The position numbers and the translations under genes were made by a program. This document shows positions 50,446 through 63,670 of a stretch of DNA of 64,000 bases, piece after piece. The notes beneath the pieces are model-generated. The model had not been told where the DNA came from and made no database searches. It saw only the letters and a list, made by a program, of their open reading frames with translations. The stretch comes from Octopus vulgaris (lineage: Eukaryota), in assembly GCA_951406725.2 (NCBI GenBank), contig OX597830.1, positions 18,538,001 through 18,602,000 of the forward strand. The letters run 5' to 3'. Each line of letters begins with the position of its first letter. The stretch's first letter is position 1.

Positions 50446-51454
50446 AGTGAGAGAGTGAATTTCAAAAATAAAAAAAAAATAAGGTATTAACAAAATTCCT
50501 TTGAAAGAAATAGCAAAACACAAAGAATTCTGTCAGTTCCTTCAGTATGTAGGGAACACAGTACAGCTGGGAGATATTGAAAGGAGGTTGTGGATGGAAC
50601 AGTAGCAATGGGTGGGGTGGAGGGGGGGTGAATAGTGGTGTTGGAGGAGGTTTGTAGCAAAAGTATTCAATCATTAGGGCAGCTAATTAGTGCCTTCTCA
50701 CATGTGCAGGTGCTGGTAGTGATGATGGTGGTAGCGATGGTAGCGGTGGTAATGGTGGTAGTGGTGCTGATGGTGACAGTAGTATTGATGGTGTTGGTAC
50801 TTGGCAGTGATACTGGTGTAATGTTTTGCCAGCCCTATCCCACCAAATATATACTTGTTTTCTATCCACCACCACCACCACCAATACCACCACCACCACC
50901 ACTCTCTCAGTCTGCTAAATTGGATTTAAAATCCAATGCAAGGTGACAAAAGAAAACACATCAACAGCAGAAAAGCTACTGACAGTGTGTGTGTGTTAGT
51001 GTGTGTGTGTGTGTGTGTGTATGTGTGTGTGTGTGTGTTTGTGTGTCTTTAAAATGGTAAACAACATCCCAAGATAAGTTCAAATTTAAACTTTGGCATC
51101 AGCAGTAGTGTCTTTCCATGACTGAACCAATTTCAAGATGAGAATGGCAGGAGGTTTAAGTGTGTGTGTGTGTGTGTGACTGAGTATAATTGTGTTGTAT
51201 ATGTTGAAGTACTGACTGTACTGTACTTTGTGACCCCTTCATTAGTTTTATTTGACAGCTGTGAGTTCAATCTTAAGAGTTCGTTTAAAAAAAAAAAAAA
51301 TTAAGTAAAAAAATGTGAAAGGTTCATTTCCACTAAATAATGGGGACAAAAAAATGGATGTTAAAACGGAAAATAAAATAATCATGGAGAAGATTTCCCA
51401 AAATATGATTTTGTTATGTTCATGTGTTTGTAGAATGACTAACTTTGCTATGCA

Positions 51455-51696
51455 TCTTTTATCTTTTACTGGTTTCAGTCATTAGACTGCGGCCATGCTG
51501 GGGCATTGCCTTGAAGAATTTTTTAGTCAAAATAAATCAACCCCAGTACTTATTTTTTGTTAAGTACTGGTACTTGTTCTATAGGTCTATTTTGCTGAAC
51601 CGCTAAGTTACGGGGACAGAAACCAACACACCAACACTGGATGACAAGCAGAGGTGAGGGACAAAAACAGACACAAAGACACACACACAAAAATAT

Positions 51697-51733
<37 letters not shown>

Positions 51734-51897
51734 CGACGGGCTTCTTTCAGTTTCCGTCAACCAAATCCCCTCACAAGGCTTTGGTTGGCCCAGGGCTATA
51801 GTAGAAGACACCTGCTCAAGGTGCTGTGCAGTAGGACTGAACTCAGAACCATGTGGTCGGGAAGAAAACTTCTTACCACAGACCCATGCCTGCACCT
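51455..51897 (-). mobile_element. Family A SINE
   Basis: Reverse-complement full structure; similar older copies at ~47335-47772 and ~49455-49630. Confidence 0.85.
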
Positions 51898-52122
51898 GAT
51901 ATATATATATATATGTATCTTCATCATCATCATCATCATCATTTAATTTTCGTTTTCCATGCTGGCATGGGTTGAACTGTTTGACATGAGCTGGCCAGCC
52001 GAAAAGCTGCCCAGGCCCCATGTCTGTTTTGGTATGGGTTTTATGGCTGGATGCCCTTCCTAATGCCAACCACTTTACAAAGTGTACTGAATGCTTTTAG
52101 ACAGCACCAACACATGCACACA

Positions 52123-52470
52123 CACAAGGGGAAGTCAAAAATTATCCTCTCTTCCATCAAGACTTTCTTCAGATTGGCTGCACTGCCTTCACTGCTCACA
52201 TGCTAAAACAAGGTACTCTTCTGTTTACATAACTCATGTTTGACCAGTGTGCACCAAGGGAGAACAGAGATCAGTTATCCAATTTCTATGGTCTGAAGGT
52301 GTGTCAGGGGCTGAAATTCATTGCAGTTTTTTATTACAGTATGGGAACAGAATTCTACCATATAGAACTCTGTATGGATGGATCAATAAGTTTAAAAGTG
52401 TACAGACAAGGCATGAAGCATATAAAAAGGAGCAGGATACCCATCAACCTCCATTACTGATATGAAGATT
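52123..52470 (+). pseudogene. Mariner transposase N-terminal remnant
   Basis: ORF 52247..52465 EQRSVIQFLWSEGVSGAEIH...QYG...LYGWINKFK matches the mariner N-terminal HTH; TIR-like ACAAGGGGAAGTCAAAAATTATCC upstream. Confidence 0.8.
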
Positions 52471-54835
52471 CAAGACAAATATTAGTTTCCAATTTTGGCA
52501 CAAGGCCAGCAATTTCAGAAGTAAGTCAATTACATCAATCCCAGTGTTCAGCTAGTACTTATTTTATCGACCTTGAAAGGATGAAAGGCAAAGTCAACCC
52601 CCAAAGGGATTTAAACTCAAAATGCAAAGTCAGGAAAAAATGCTACTAAACATTTTTTCTTGGCACAATAACAATTCTGCCAGTTTGCTGCCTTAAATGA
52701 AATATCGACGGGAGAATGCATTATAGTAAAAGGTGGCAGAAATAACATCTGCATTGATTGACTATGGAAGGAAGTAGAGAGCAATTGTAGTTTTAATTGG
52801 AGAAAGTGAGAGGACACAAGTTGTTAGTACTTAATGAACAGAGGCTTTGATGATCTTGATTATTGAGACAGATTTGTAGGCAGATACACACACACATACA
52901 TACTTATAACTTAAGTGAAGATAAGTTTTCTATTGTTGAGTGTGTTATGTATGTTGAGTAAAGAGTCAGAAGGTCTTGAAATCTGACTGAATTTTATAAG
53001 CTTTAAAGAACTCATATATTACAAGCTATGAGAAGAACATAGGGTTTCCAGGAACAAGAAAGACTAAATGTTATTTCACACAATCTAAAAGGAATCAGAA
53101 TTAACAGCTAAAGAAATCAAGTGGATAGCGAAAGACAATTTTACAAATCTATCCAACATTTGACGCTGTCAAATATAAGAACAAGTGTGTAAAAATAGTA
53201 AAATGATGTTGTTCTTACTTTGAATAGAAAGAAGAAAAAATATTGTTACCTATGCGTTACTTAAATAAAATAAACAGACGGATAAATAAATACAAAATGC
53301 TATCCTCTTGAAGGAAGCACTATCATTTTACTCTTTATCTTCTAGCAAAGGAAAACACAATTCTAGAGGTCTTATTAACAGATTGTAATCAGGAGTAAGA
53401 ACAGAGGGAAGATAGTTTGGAAGTAGCTTTTTCTTTAAGTTTGGACGGGTGGGGGTGGGGTGGGGTGCCAGGAGTATTTTACATTTTTTTTTTTTTCATT
53501 AAAAAGATAAATTTGAAAAAACAATGAACACAAAATTATTAAGAACAAAATGCTAAAGCAGTGAAAGTGGTACTAAAGTACTTTGAAAGTTTTAGAGGAA
53601 ATAACAAGTTTGTGCTAATGGCACAGTATAAAAGAACTGTACCAAAAGAAAGCAGTCTACTAGACTGCTGTATGAATAAACACAGGGTTCTTGTTTTCCA
53701 ACTTTTTTTTTCCTTAATAACTTTATACATTGAAGATCTTAATCTCACTTCAAAGGGGTGAGAATTCCCTACAGAAACATAGAGCTTGTCTGTCTCTACT
53801 ACGGAAGAGGTGTGATCCCTTGATTGCTGACCTAAATATTATCAGACACTAGGGCGAGGGTGGAAGTTATGAGAGAAGGTTAGGAGGCTTAAAACTTCTG
53901 GCTACACTGACTTCAGATCTCTGCATGAAACTGGCGTCAAAAATTGATTTGCTGCACCCACAAAAGACTTTACCATGGTCTGTGACTCCTTTCATGTAAT
54001 ACAATCTAATTATTATTATTATTATTATTATTATTATCATCATCATCCGCATTAATATAATATTATATTTCTATACCAGGCAATTTAAATCCTTCGTTTA
54101 TTTATTATTATCTTGGGGAAAATCTGAAGAATTTTAAAATCACATACACACACACACATACATATATGGTATCCACTTGTTTCTCAGTTTAGTTTGTTCA
54201 ATGGAATAGTTTAGTACCGGTGTGCAGTTAATATATATATGTATGTGTTGCACACATTTGTGTAATACTATACACGTGTGTGTGTATGCATATGTGCAAT
54301 AATTAAGGGCAGTAAATAATAGGCAGAAAACAGTGTTTAGAGCACTGGTTTAAATGCGTTACAGTATTTAATCATGTTATTGTATATCCTTAGCTGAAAT
54401 CCCTAGGGAATATTGTTTTTCACTTTTCAACTCTCCGAGCTCAATAAAAGTGGTATAATACTTAATCAATGATACTCTCACTTTTGATAAAAATAATTGG
54501 CATTGTACCAAGTCAAAAGAAATTAAGATCATGCAATAAGTAAATAAGTACTGTAGAATTAGAGTTCACTTTCAAACAAGCCAGATTTTGAAGTTATTTC
54601 TTCTTCAATTCACTTTACTCTGATTTCATTGGTAAAATCTTGAAATCACAAATTCTCATTTTATCTTCCTTTAAAATATCTGGCTTCATATTTATTTAAA
54701 AGACCATTATTATTATTATTACTAAGGTGGCAAGCTGGCAGAATCGTTAGCATACCAGACGAAATGCTTAGCGGTATTTCGTCTGCAGAGGTGAACTTTG
54801 CCTTTCATCCTTTCAGGATCAATGAAATAAGTACC

Positions 54836-55067
54836 TATTTCTTTACTACCCACAAGGGGCTAAACACAGAGAGGACAAACATGGACAGACAGACAGATTA
54901 AGTCGATTATATCGACCCTAGTGCGTAACTGGTACTTAATTTATCGACCCCAAAAGGATGAAAGACAAAGTCAACCTCATCAGAATTTGAACTCAGAATG
55001 TAACGGCAGACGAAATATGGCTATGTATTTCGCCCGGCGTGCCAACGTTTCTGTCAGCTCGCTGCCT
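54836..55067 (-). mobile_element. Young family B SINE inserted antisense into an older B-related SINE (54725-55170)
   Basis: 17-bp TSD TCAATGAAATAAGTACC at 54819-54835 and 55068-55084. Confidence 0.92.
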
Positions 55068-55991
55068 TCAATGAAATAAGTACCAGTTGAGCACTGGGGT
55101 CAATGTAATCAATCATCCCCCTCCCCCAGATTTCAGGCCTTGTGCCTATAACAGAAAGGATTATTGTTATTAAGGTAGAGAGCAAACAAGCAAATTACTT
55201 AGTAGCGTTTTGCCCGTCTTTATGTTTTGAGTTCAAATTCCACTGAGGTTGGAATTTGTTGAGGCAGATTTTTTACAGTTGAATGCCCATCCTGTCATCA
55301 ACTCTTACCTTTCTCTAAGCAAGGTACTAATTTTCGATGGCCTGATATGCTTTACATGGTAAACTGGAAATGAACAATATTCCTTCTGTGATGGTGATGC
55401 TCATTTACAACCATCACTCAACGTCAAGACAAAGGTACGCAGAAACTCACACACACACCATGATCATCATAATCATCATTTAATGTATTTTCCATGCTGG
55501 TGAGTTGGACAGTTTGATAGGAACTAGGGAACAGCACTAGGCTCCAGTTGTCTGTTTTGGAATGGTTTCTACAGCTGGATGTTCTTCATAAAGCCGACCA
55601 CTTTACAGAGTACACTGGGTGCTTTTTACGTGGCACCAGCACCAGTGCTGTATACATGGCACCAGCATGGGTACTTTATAGGTGGCTTCTTTCAGTCTTC
55701 ATCTGACAAATCCCCTCACAGGGCTTTGGTCAACCCAAGGTTCTAGTAAAGGACACTTTCCTAAAGTGGCACATAGTGGGACAGAAGCTGAGACTGCATG
55801 GTTGGAAAGTAAGCTTCTTCACGACACAGCCATACCTGTGCTTATATGTACACACACATACATCCACACACAGGTGGAGATTTAGCAGAATTTGTAGACC
55901 ATTCCAAGTTGAAATCCCTCCCAGGCTGATTTTGACTTTTGTTCTTTGTCATTAAACAAAATACCAATCAAGTACTGGTATTAATATGATT

Positions 55992-56295
55992 TAGGGCAGC
56001 GAACTGGCACAATCGTTAGCAGGCCGGGCGAACTGCCTAGCAGTATTTCGTCTGCAGTTACGTTCTGGGTTCAAATTCCGCCGAGGTCGACTTTGCCTTT
56101 CATCCTTTCGGGGTCGATAAATTAAGTACCAGTTACGCACTGGGGTCGATGTAATCGACTTAATACCTATGTCTGTCCTTGTTTGTCCCCTCTGTGTTTA
56201 GCCCCTTGTGGGTAGTAAAGAAATAGGCATTTCACCTGGTGCTACGTTCTGAGTTCAAATTCCGCCGAGGTCGACTTTGCCTTTCATCCTTTCGG
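55992..56295 (+). mobile_element. Composite family B SINE with 3' partial second unit
   Basis: Full unit to 56225, then a repeat of the B-box/core segment; TSD GGTATTAATATGATT at 55977-55991 and 56296-56310 encloses both. Confidence 0.88.
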
Positions 56296-57230
56296 GGTAT
56301 TAATATGATTGATTATATCTTCAAAGGCATTGCTACAGCATGGCCACAGACAATAACTGAAACCAGTAAAATAGTATATGAATAAAAAGAAAGTTTGTTG
56401 TCCCATTGCATTTCCAAGTCCTCTTAGACAAAAGTTTATATACTTAAGTAAAGGTAATGGAAGGTAAAATAATAATCATCGTCACCATTGATATTTCATG
56501 TCTATTTTCCGTGCTGGCATGGGTTGGACAGCTTGACAGGAAGAGGCAAGGTAGGGGGCCACACCAAATCCTATAATCTGTTTTGGCTTTGTTTCTACAG
56601 CTAGGTGCCCTACTCCACAGGGTATACAGGGAGCTTTTTACATGACACCATCATGACACACATCATGTTTTTTATGTGACACCAGCACCAGTGGTTTTTA
56701 ACATGGCACCAGCATCCACACCAATGCTTTTTACTTGGCACTTTGCTTTTAGGATCTCAATTCCGTTATGGTGGATGAGCGGGTGTTGTGAAGTCCAAGA
56801 AAATTGGTGATCTATGCTGGCAAAGATCACATGTTATAGTCTGTGAAGTTAGAATAAGTTTGTAAGCCAGAGGGGGAAATGGAATCGGCTGATTTCAGGG
56901 TTGTTTTTGTGTCAGAAAGAAAACATTTTTTACTCTTTCTCCTCTCTCACAGAAGAAAAGCAACCCCAAAACATCATATTCCTCTCTTCCACATAACACA
57001 CACAAACCCATTTAAATACACAGCCTTCACAGTATAACTACATTATATGACTATATACACTACATTTATATAATACTTTATATAACTACATTATATGCCA
57101 AAAATATGGATAGTCATAGATAATCACCAAGACTAACTGTCCATGATACACACACACACACACGTAGATATCAAGCAATGAAAATGAGAGCTCAGCAATG
57201 CATTGGTGGTTAAAAACTCTTTATTTGTGT

Positions 57231-57274
57231 ATTGGTTTCATGTTAAGAAATATATTTCTTAACATGAAACCAAT
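57231..57274. repeat. Perfect 44-bp palindrome
   Basis: ATTGGTTTCATGTTAAGAAATA|TATTTCTTAACATGAAACCAAT; abuts the (TATG)n tract at 57298-57476. Confidence 0.95.
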
Positions 57275-57298
57275 GGTAGCCTTAATGCACAAATAAAG

Positions 57299-57330
<32 letters not shown>

Positions 57331-57444
57331 TGTATGTATGTATGTATGTATGTATGTATGTATGTATGTATGTATGTATGTGTGTATGTATGTATGTATG
57401 TATGTGTATATATATATATATGTATGTATGTATATATATGTATG

Positions 57445-57479
<35 letters not shown>

Positions 57480-58509
57480 CTTAAATTTCTTTTCATGGCT
57501 CAGTCTGGAAAAAAACCAGATTACTCCTTTGAGTCACTGAGGTAAATGTAAAAACTAATTTGGTGTTGTTTGACTATAGGTACATCAGAAATAACAAGAA
57601 TATTATTCAAAAAACATGCTTATATATAAAATCTAATAGAAAAATAAAAAATAAAAACATGTATTTAAAGTTATGTGTAATATATAAGAAAAGACATAGC
57701 CAAAAATATATAGAAAAATACATATTGATAAATGTAAATAATATGCAAATAGGTGACTTTATGAAAACTTAGCACACATACTAAACAAAACAATAACAAA
57801 TTATTCTTATAGAAATCTGAGTTACAAATAACTGTTATTACATAATTATGTTACATTACAGTAATAAGATTAAGCAAAAAAAAAACGATAAATAAAATTA
57901 TTTTAATGTCAGTTAATTATCAAGAACAACATGAATAATGGTTTAGACAATAATAAAAATCTTCAGTTTCTAATTCTGCATCATAAATGCAAAATAAAAC
58001 CCATCTTCTTTTTAACCAATAAATGGCATTCTGAACAAATGAAACAACCCAATAAGACAGTTTTATAGCAAAGCAAATAAATAAAATATTTAAAATTGCA
58101 GAAAGTATACTTAAATATTTGTGTATCAGATAGATGAAATATCTCCAAAACAAACAAAAATGTCATGGTGAAAAAAACATTAGGTCACATATGCAAGGGA
58201 GATCACTCTTAATTGTCAAACTGTTTCAAACCATATTTGCCATAAAATTAACACCCATCCCAACACAAATAAAAAAAAGTTGTCCATCAATTCATGTAAT
58301 GGCCATTTCTTCATTAACATATATCGATCAACAGTATGTGACTGAAAATGTCTATATTTTTTAATGTAATCACTGAATTTCTCTTTCAAATAATGTAAAA
58401 TACTTACCTGTTCCTAGAAAGCCAGCTAATAATAACAAATTTACCAATTGGTCATGATGTCTAATAAAATACTTAAATTTATGATGTTCCTGAGATACTT
58501 CATAATGTA

Positions 58510-58873
58510 CTAGCAGTATGACCTGGCGTTGCCAGGTCATAGTGCTTGTGCATGCATATACAGCTGCGTGCATGCGCACATACACTCGAGTACTGTCCAA
58601 ATCTCCGGTCAATCACATACAGCTAGCTGGCATTCAATTGGCATATCAAGTTTTGGGCATTTTGATTGGGTTTTGGATAGAAAATTCACAAAAAAGTCAC
58701 TTCTATTGATTTTTTCATTGCTTTGTGGGGTGACTGGGGAAATGTAAAGATGTGCACGACCACCCTTGGATGGTTTTGAATGACCATAGAAAGTGCGAGC
58801 CCTCTAACTGAAAAATTGTGGATTTGTATAAAGGACACACACGCAGACATTTTGCCGTTTATATATATAGAGA
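58510..58873 (-). mobile_element. Non-autonomous Helitron
   Basis: Reverse-complement match to 15914-16280; A|TC...CTAG|T ends on the minus strand. Confidence 0.85.
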
Positions 58874-59447
58874 TAATACATAAACAGAAAAAAAAGAAGA
58901 TTAATGCAAAAGCTCAAGCAACAAGAAACAAAAGTAAGCTAAAACCAGGTATTTAGAAGACGAAGTTCAATAAGGCTGCATATGTGAGTGTATTTTATAT
59001 CCAAAAATGCTTGTAACATGTGCAGTAGAGGCTGATTGTCCAAAGCCAGACTTGCAAGTCATACAAGATTTCATGATGGCATTTTACTAATTTGAAGAGA
59101 TGGCCTTCTGTAAAGAATTGGCAATCACTATCATCATTTAACATTTGTTTTCCATGCTGATATGGGTTGGATGGTTTGACAGGAACTTGCAAGCCAGAGG
59201 ACTTCAACCATTTTACAGAGTGGATCGTATGCTTTTTATGTGGCACCAGCACTGGCGAGGTCTGCTTTGGCATGGTTTTTTACAATTGGATGCCCTTCCA
59301 GATGCCAACCACTTTACAGTACAGTGTGGACTGGATGCTTTTTATGTGGCACCAGCACTGGTGGGGTCACCTAGTACCTTGCAAGACAAGGATTCTTTGA
59401 TGGAGGATTCATGGAAGTGGCTTGTGCTAGGTGATGAGAGGTTAGAG

Positions 59448-59626
59448 CAGTGGTTCCCAGCCTGGGGTCTACAGACCCCTAGTGGTCCACAAAAGTAGTA
59501 CTGAGGGTCCGTGAACTAAAATCAAAATTTCATATATATATATATATAAAGATGAGCATATTAAAAGGACTCTGGAGGAAAACTCATTTAAATAAAAGTG
59601 TTGGGAACCATTGTTGGGAACCACTG
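59448..59626. mobile_element. hAT (Charlie-like) MITE
   Basis: CAGTGGTTCCCA...TGGGAACCACTG; 8-bp TSD GGTTAGAG at 59440-59447 and 59627-59634; right TIR tandemly duplicated. Confidence 0.9.
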
Positions 59627-60156
59627 GGTTAGAGTGTGACAGAGGGACGGGAACAAGTGTCTTACTGTAGAGGGAATACATGGTTACCCCAATCAGAGAG
59701 GGAGAGAGAGAGAAAGAGATCATGAATGAGAGGGAGTGCAAGAGAGAACAAGGGTGAGGGAAAGCAAGAGAAAGATGGTTTTGATGTGCCAGGGCATAAG
59801 CTGAAGGTACAGGGATGAGAATATAAATGTGATGGTAGACTATGCCAAGGGTGCATGAGTAGGGATTAGGGCATTAACATGAATGTAAAGAGGTGAGGAA
59901 TGTAGTGACTGGTGAAACCTGGGTATATATATATGAAGGAGGGGGGATATAGAGGAAGTGTGTGAATGTCTAGGCTGTTGCATTAATAATTGCAGGATAG
60001 TGGTTTCAATTCCCAGACAAGGCAGTGCATTGTGTTCTTGAGGAAAACACTATTTCACATTGTGCTGCAATCACTTTGACATCTGATATGAGGCACGAGG
60101 CACACCATGTCCATGTAAAGGCAATGTTAATTGATAGAAGGAGTAAGTTCATGTAT

Positions 60157-60566
60157 TACTCTTTTTACTCTTTTACTTGTTTCAGTCATTTGACTGCAGC
60201 CATGCTGGAGCACCGCCTTTAATCGAGCAACTCGACCCCGGGACTTATTCTTTGTAAGCCCAGTACTTATTCTATCGGTCTCTTTTGCCGAACCACTAAG
60301 TAACGGGGACATAAACACACTAGCATCGGTTGTCAAGCAATGCTAGATGGACAAACACAGACACACAAACAAACACACATACATATATATATATATACAT
60401 ATATACGACAGGCTTCTTTCAGTTTCCGTCTACCAAATCCACTCACAAGGCATTGGTCGGCCCGGGGCTATAGCAGAAGACACTTGCCCAAGGTGCCACA
60501 CAGTGGGACTGAACCCGGAACCATGTGGTTGGTTAGCAAGCTACTTACCACACAGCCACTCCTTGC
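60157..60566 (-). mobile_element. Family A SINE, young copy
   Basis: Reverse complement of 45328-45730. Confidence 0.92.
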
Positions 60567-60888
60567 AAATACTTGACATTATAAACAAATCATCTGTGTG
60601 GATTGTTCAGTAAGAAATTACAGAACTGTTGTCATTTATAACAGGAGAGACCACCACCAAGTGTGTGTGTGTGTTTGTTTGTTTGTTTGTGAATGTGCAT
60701 GCACACACATATACAACACAAGCTTGTAAAAGTTTTTGTGAAATTCCACTCACAGTTTAAGAAGATAGTAGAAAACACTAAAGGTGCAATGTAGTGGAAT
60801 TGAACTCTGGACCATGCAGTTGTGAAGTGAACTTCTTTATCGCATAGCCATGCCTGCAACTGTTTCTATAAATCTGGCAGTTTAATCA

Positions 60889-61295
60889 TACTCTTTTACT
60901 CTTCTACGTGTTTCAGTGATTTGACTGTGGCCATGCTGGAGCACTGCCTTTAGTCGAGCAAATCAACCCCAGGACTTATTCTTTGTAAGCCTAGTACTTA
61001 TTCTATTGGCCTCTTTTGCTGAACCGTTAAGTTACGGGGATGTAAACACACCAGCATCGGTTGTCAAGCGATGTTGGGGGGACAAACACAGACATACAAA
61101 CATATATATACACACACATACATTCATGTATATGACGAGCTTCTTTTAGTTTCCGTCTACCAAATCCACTCACAAGGCTTTTGTTGGCCCGAGGCTATAG
61201 TAGAAGACACTTGCCCAAGGTGCCACGCAGTGGGACTGAACCCAAACCATGCATTTCGTAAGCAAGCTACTTACCACACAGCCACTCCTACGCCT
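60889..61295 (-). mobile_element. Family A SINE
   Basis: Full-length reverse-complement copy. Confidence 0.9.
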
Positions 61296-61486
61296 TTTGT
61301 CATATCGACAAAACTTATATTATACAATAACTATGTGGTGTTAAGATCCAGTGACTTAAACTCCTGGTGGAGATGGCCATGGAGTGTTGCAGTTACCAAA
61401 TACGTTACTGCATTGAATTCAATATATTTAGAATATTTGATTACCTCCTTTTTGGTTACATTTAATTTATTTTATTGCATGTTATA

Positions 61487-61828
61487 CTAGCACTATGACC
61501 CGGCAACACCGGGTCATGACAAAACCTGATGACAAAGCGAGTACTGAACAAATCTCAGACCAATCACATACAGCTAGCTGGCATTCAATTGGCGTATCAT
61601 GTTTCGGGCATTTTGATTGGGTTTTGGATAGAAAATTCACAAAAAAGTCACTTCTATTGATTTTTTAATGGCTTTGCTGGGTGACTGGGAAAATGTAAAG
61701 ATATGCACGGCCACCCTTGGACGGTTTTGAATGACCATAGAAAGTGCCAGCCCTCTAACTGAAAAATTGTGGATTTGTATAAAGGACACACACACACACA
61801 CACATTTTGCCGTTTATATATAGAGAGA
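61487..61828 (-). mobile_element. Non-autonomous Helitron, variant 3' region
   Basis: Same body as 58510-58873; hairpin ATGACCCGG/CCGGGTCAT and CTAG end retained. Confidence 0.82.
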
Positions 61829-62693
61829 TTACATTTGCTAAACAAACAGTATTGCTGGTTACAGATATCTAACTGGCCAGCACTTGGGTTACTACATTTC
61901 TGACAGCAAGAGCCTCAAGGAATTTTGTACAATGCAATAGGAACTACCAAACAGAGTTATATTTATTTGAATGGATTAGTATTTTGGTCTTTTTGCCAAT
62001 TCTTGCCTCTTTTACTGATGTATATTGGCAAAAGAGATACACATACATACTTAGATATTTGTGAGTTTAAATGCCACTGGGCTTTATTACACCTCTTTTG
62101 CTAACATGAGAAAAGAAATTTAAACATGCTTGATGTGTGTGTGTGTGCGTATCTATGCATGCGTGCGGGCAGGGTGGGCCAAAAGTCATGCACCAAAATA
62201 TTTGGCCATTATGTACTTGTTGATATTTTGTAATTCGTGTGTGTATGTAAAACCCATTTGGCTTATGTACCGTGAAATGGAATCACAAACGAATAGGTGT
62301 TAATCTCAGGAATGTAACAAAAAATAGCAAAATGAAATAACGATGGTTAATGTAACAATAATTATTTCTTCATGTACAATAACACGATGCCATAAAACTT
62401 GAGGAGAGACTGTGGCAGGGTATTACATGTTTAATATAATTTGAAAAACTGAGGTTAATTTTTGTGTTGCATTGTTAAGAATGTATATTTCATAGAATCA
62501 ATCTCAGTACTTTGGTGGTACCTATCAACTTTGGGAGGATGAAAGATAAAGTCAGCTTGGATAGGATTTGAACCACAAATATAATGTGATGTAACCAAAT
62601 AATTATAAGGCATGATGAAGCAACAAGAGCCTCTAGGTGCCTGCTCGACCATTTATAGCAGTCAAATCCCATGCAAATGAAATTCCCACAATT

Positions 62694-62910
62694 TTAACCC
62701 TTTCGTTACCAACCCGGCTGACTCTGAGTGCAAATGTCTTGTTTTCACAATTTTTGAATTAAAATCTTCCCCAAAACTTTAATCACAGTTTATGTTCCTA
62801 ACACTAGCTTAATGATAACTAAGTTATTTTACTAAATTCTTCGTTATATTTAAAATTAATTGAAAGAAACACAGAGCATCTCAAAATAAATACAGTAATG
62901 AAAGGGTTAA
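62694..62910. mobile_element. piggyBac-type MITE, family D
   Basis: TTAA-CCCTTTCGTTAC...GTAATGAAAGGG-TTAA. Confidence 0.9.
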
Positions 62911-63123
62911 ACAAGAACACATTGAATGATGCAGTGCTAGATATACCTGAAAATAAGATGGGCTTATTATCGGAAGGTCTTTGATCATAGGTTTGCTCAA
63001 TTAAGGTTGAGGTGGGGGTTAAACAACAACAGTTAGATGTTCAGTATCATGTGAACATTTCTGTCCCCCATTGCCCTACACCAGGTAAGAAAAAATAATA
63101 ATAAATTCAAGAGTAAGTATAAA

Positions 63124-63458
63124 GGCCCCCTTCAGTCACAAATGACCGTGGGATTGCACCATGAAAGTTCCCTACTGATGCAAAAGCCCGGGCAAGGTTG
63201 TCTTGTGGAAGATCAACAGTCGCCCCAGTATAGAAGACTCCTCTTGCTATGCCACTGGTGTTGTCTGAGGGAAAGGCAAAGGCCAATACAGCTTGGCACT
63301 AATGACATCACAACTCATTTCAACAGCTGAATGAACTGGAGCAACACAAAATAAAGTATCTTGCTCAAGAACACAATACATGGCCCGTTCTGAGAATCAA
63401 GCTCACAATCTCGCAATTGTAAGCCCAACTCTCTAACCACTGAGTTATGTGTCTTCAC
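63124..63458 (-). mobile_element. Family H SINE with RTE/BovB-like 3' end
   Basis: Reverse-complement similarity to 38141-38490; minus-strand 3' part TGCAATCCCACGGTCATTTGTGACTGAAGG resembles RTE tails. Confidence 0.7.
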
Positions 63459-63670
63459 TAACAATTACAAAGTAATGCTTTCTAATACTGGCACAGAGTC
63501 ATAGATTTTTCTTTTTTTAAAGTATAATCAATAAAAATAAAACTGACTGCACAATGACTGGTTTTTATTTTAATGACTATGGAAGGATGAAAAACAAAAC
63601 AGAACATATAGTGAGAGGGGATTTGGACTTAAAATGTAAGGTGTTGAAATTAAATACTACAAGGCATTTT

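Noticed and set aside
58402-58427. Minus-strand microexon (AG-GAACAG-GTAAGT)
   Set aside because: Good donor, but no other minus-strand exon supports a gene; such motifs occur by chance in 64 kb.
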